DNA of 64,000 nucleotides from NCBI RefSeq assembly GCF_057098645.1, contig NZ_CM169472.1; one strand, 5' to 3'. Shown piece by piece: positions 62,578 to 64,000 of this stretch (position 1 is its first letter; each line of letters starts with the position of its first letter). The notes under the pieces were generated by a model. It saw only the letters and a program-made list of their open reading frames with translations, ran no database searches and was not told where the DNA came from. The position numbers and the translations under genes were made by a program.

Positions 62578-64000
62578 TAGTAGACATCTCGCTGATAACG
62601 GCGCTCTAAGCGCAGCTCACTTAAAAATTCATCCGCCGCTTCGGTGTCCATGCCACCAAATTCGGCAATCACTTCCAGAAGTGCCTGCTCAACGTCTTTC
62701 GCCATGCGATTAGCGTCGCCGCAGACATAAATGTGGGCACCGTCATTGATCCAGCGCCACAGCTCCGCGCCCTGTTCGCGTAGTTTGTCTTGTACGTAAA
62801 CTTTTTCTTTTTGATCGCGCGACCAGGCGAGATCGATACGTGTCAGCACGCCCTCTTTGACGTAGCGCTGCCACTCCACCTGGTAGAGGAAATCTTCCGT
62901 AAAATGCGGGTTGCCAAAGAACAGCCAGTTTTTACCCGGTGCTTCATCGGCAGCACGTTGCTGCATAAAGGCGCGGAACGGCGCGATACCGGTGCCTGGG
63001 CCAATCATAATCACCGGGGTTTCCGGGTTAGCGGGCAGACGGAAGTTATCGTTATGTTCGATAAATACGCGGACTTCGCCCTCTTCTTCCACGCGGTCAG
63101 CGAGGAAGCTGGAGGCACCACCGGCACGGGCGCGGCCTTCCACGTCGTAACGCACCACACCAACGGTGACGTGTACTTCGTTCTCGACTTCCGCCTGCGA
63201 GGAGGCAATGGAATAGAGACGCGGCGTCAGCGGGCGCAGCAGATTAATTAGCGCTTCGGCATCAAGCTGTGCCGGGGAGAAACGCACCATGTCAACAATC
63301 GGCGTCGTCGCGGCGTAATGCTGTAACTTCGCTTTATCGCCCACCAGCGGCAGCAGTGTTTCGCTGCGGGTAAGCGTGGCGTAATTCTCAACAATGTTGG
63401 CGGTGTTGACGGTCAGTTCGAAGTGCCACTGTAGCGCTTCGTTCAGAGGCAACGTTTTGCCCTCGACGGTGACAGGTTCATCGCCTTTCAGCCACAGCAG
63501 TTCGACAAGTTCTTTCACCAGTGCCGGATCGTTCTGATACCAGACACCCAGCGCGTCACCCGGCTGGTAACGCAGGCCCGAGTCACCTAAGTCAATTTCG
63601 ATATGGCGAACGTCTTTTTCAGAGTTACGCCCGGTAATTTTCTGGTTAACCGAAAGGCTCGCCACCAGCGGCGCGTCTTTGCTGTACGGGCTGGTGTGGA
63701 TTTCATTTACCACGCCAGTAGCGACGGATTGCGAAGGTGCCGCGACAGGCGCACGCGATTTAAGCGCATCAACCACGCGGACGCGCCACTCGCTGGCAGC
63801 AGCCTGGTATTCAACGTCGGCATCGACACGGTCGAGCAGGCGTTCACCACCCAGTTCCGCCAGCTTGCTGTCAAAATCTTTCCCGGACTGGCAGAAAAAT
63901 TCATAAGAGCTATCGCCGAGGCTAAACACGGCAAATGCGGTGTTTTCCAGCTTCGGCGCTTTTTTGGAGAACAGGAACTTATGCAGCGCGACGGCTTCTT
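62577..64000 (-). CDS. cysJ: sulfite reductase flavoprotein alpha subunit (5' end beyond window)
   Basis: Reading frame open to the window edge; FAD/NADPH ferredoxin-reductase-like C-terminal domain and end of flavodoxin domain ([15 protein letters not shown]). Confidence 0.93.
   Translation of the reverse strand, partial: EAVALHKFLFSKKAPKLENTAFAVFSLGDSSYEFFCQSGKDFDSKLAELGGERLLDRVDADVEYQAAASEWRVRVVDALKSRAPVAAPSQSVATGVVNEIHTSPYSKDAPLVASLSVNQKITGRNSEKDVRHIEIDLGDSGLRYQPGDALGVWYQNDPALVKELVELLWLKGDEPVTVEGKTLPLNEALQWHFELTVNTANIVENYATLTRSETLLPLVGDKAKLQHYAATTPIVDMVRFSPAQLDAEALINLLRPLTPRLYSIASSQAEVENEVHVTVGVVRYDVEGRARAGGASSFLADRVEEEGEVRVFIEHNDNFRLPANPETPVIMIGPGTGIAPFRAFMQQRAADEAPGKNWLFFGNPHFTEDFLYQVEWQRYVKEGVLTRIDLAWSRDQKEKVYVQDKLREQGAELWRWINDGAHIYVCGDANRMAKDVEQALLEVIAEFGGMDTEAADEFLSELRLERRYQRDVY

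Overview
This window is an Escherichia coli-type chromosomal segment of mostly core, well-characterised genes, and it contains one complete, canonical type I-E CRISPR-Cas locus. Gene order: divergent start of an upstream gene at the left edge; sorbitol PTS operon srlAEBD-gutM-srlR-gutQ; norR / norVW; hypF-hydN; ascG / ascFB; a ~1.8 kb segment with a HigB/HigA-like toxin-antitoxin pair and an exported protein; the formate hydrogenlyase regulon hycIHGFEDCBA / hypABCDE-fhlA; ygbA; mutS; pphB; a UbiX/UbiD-type decarboxylase cluster with a MarR-type regulator (the polymorphic mutS-rpoS spacer); rpoS-nlpD-pcm-surE-truD-ispFD-ftsB; ygbE; cysCND; iap; the CRISPR array (6 spacers plus a degenerate terminal repeat), leader, cas2-cas1-cas6e-cas5-cas7-cse2-cse1 and cas3; then cysHIJ (cysJ truncated by the window edge). 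I do not find an unexplained multi-gene cluster that would amount to a new system. The observations most worth follow-up are: (1) a solitary CRISPR-repeat-like hairpin with compensatory stem substitutions and an intact ATAAACCG handle in the cas3-cse1 intergenic region, inverted relative to the array; (2) cas3 split into two overlapping frames by an apparent 1-nt deletion; (3) the TA pair and exported protein inserted between ascB and hycI. Gene names are assigned from ORF length, motifs, operon order and remembered protein sequences; no database search was run.
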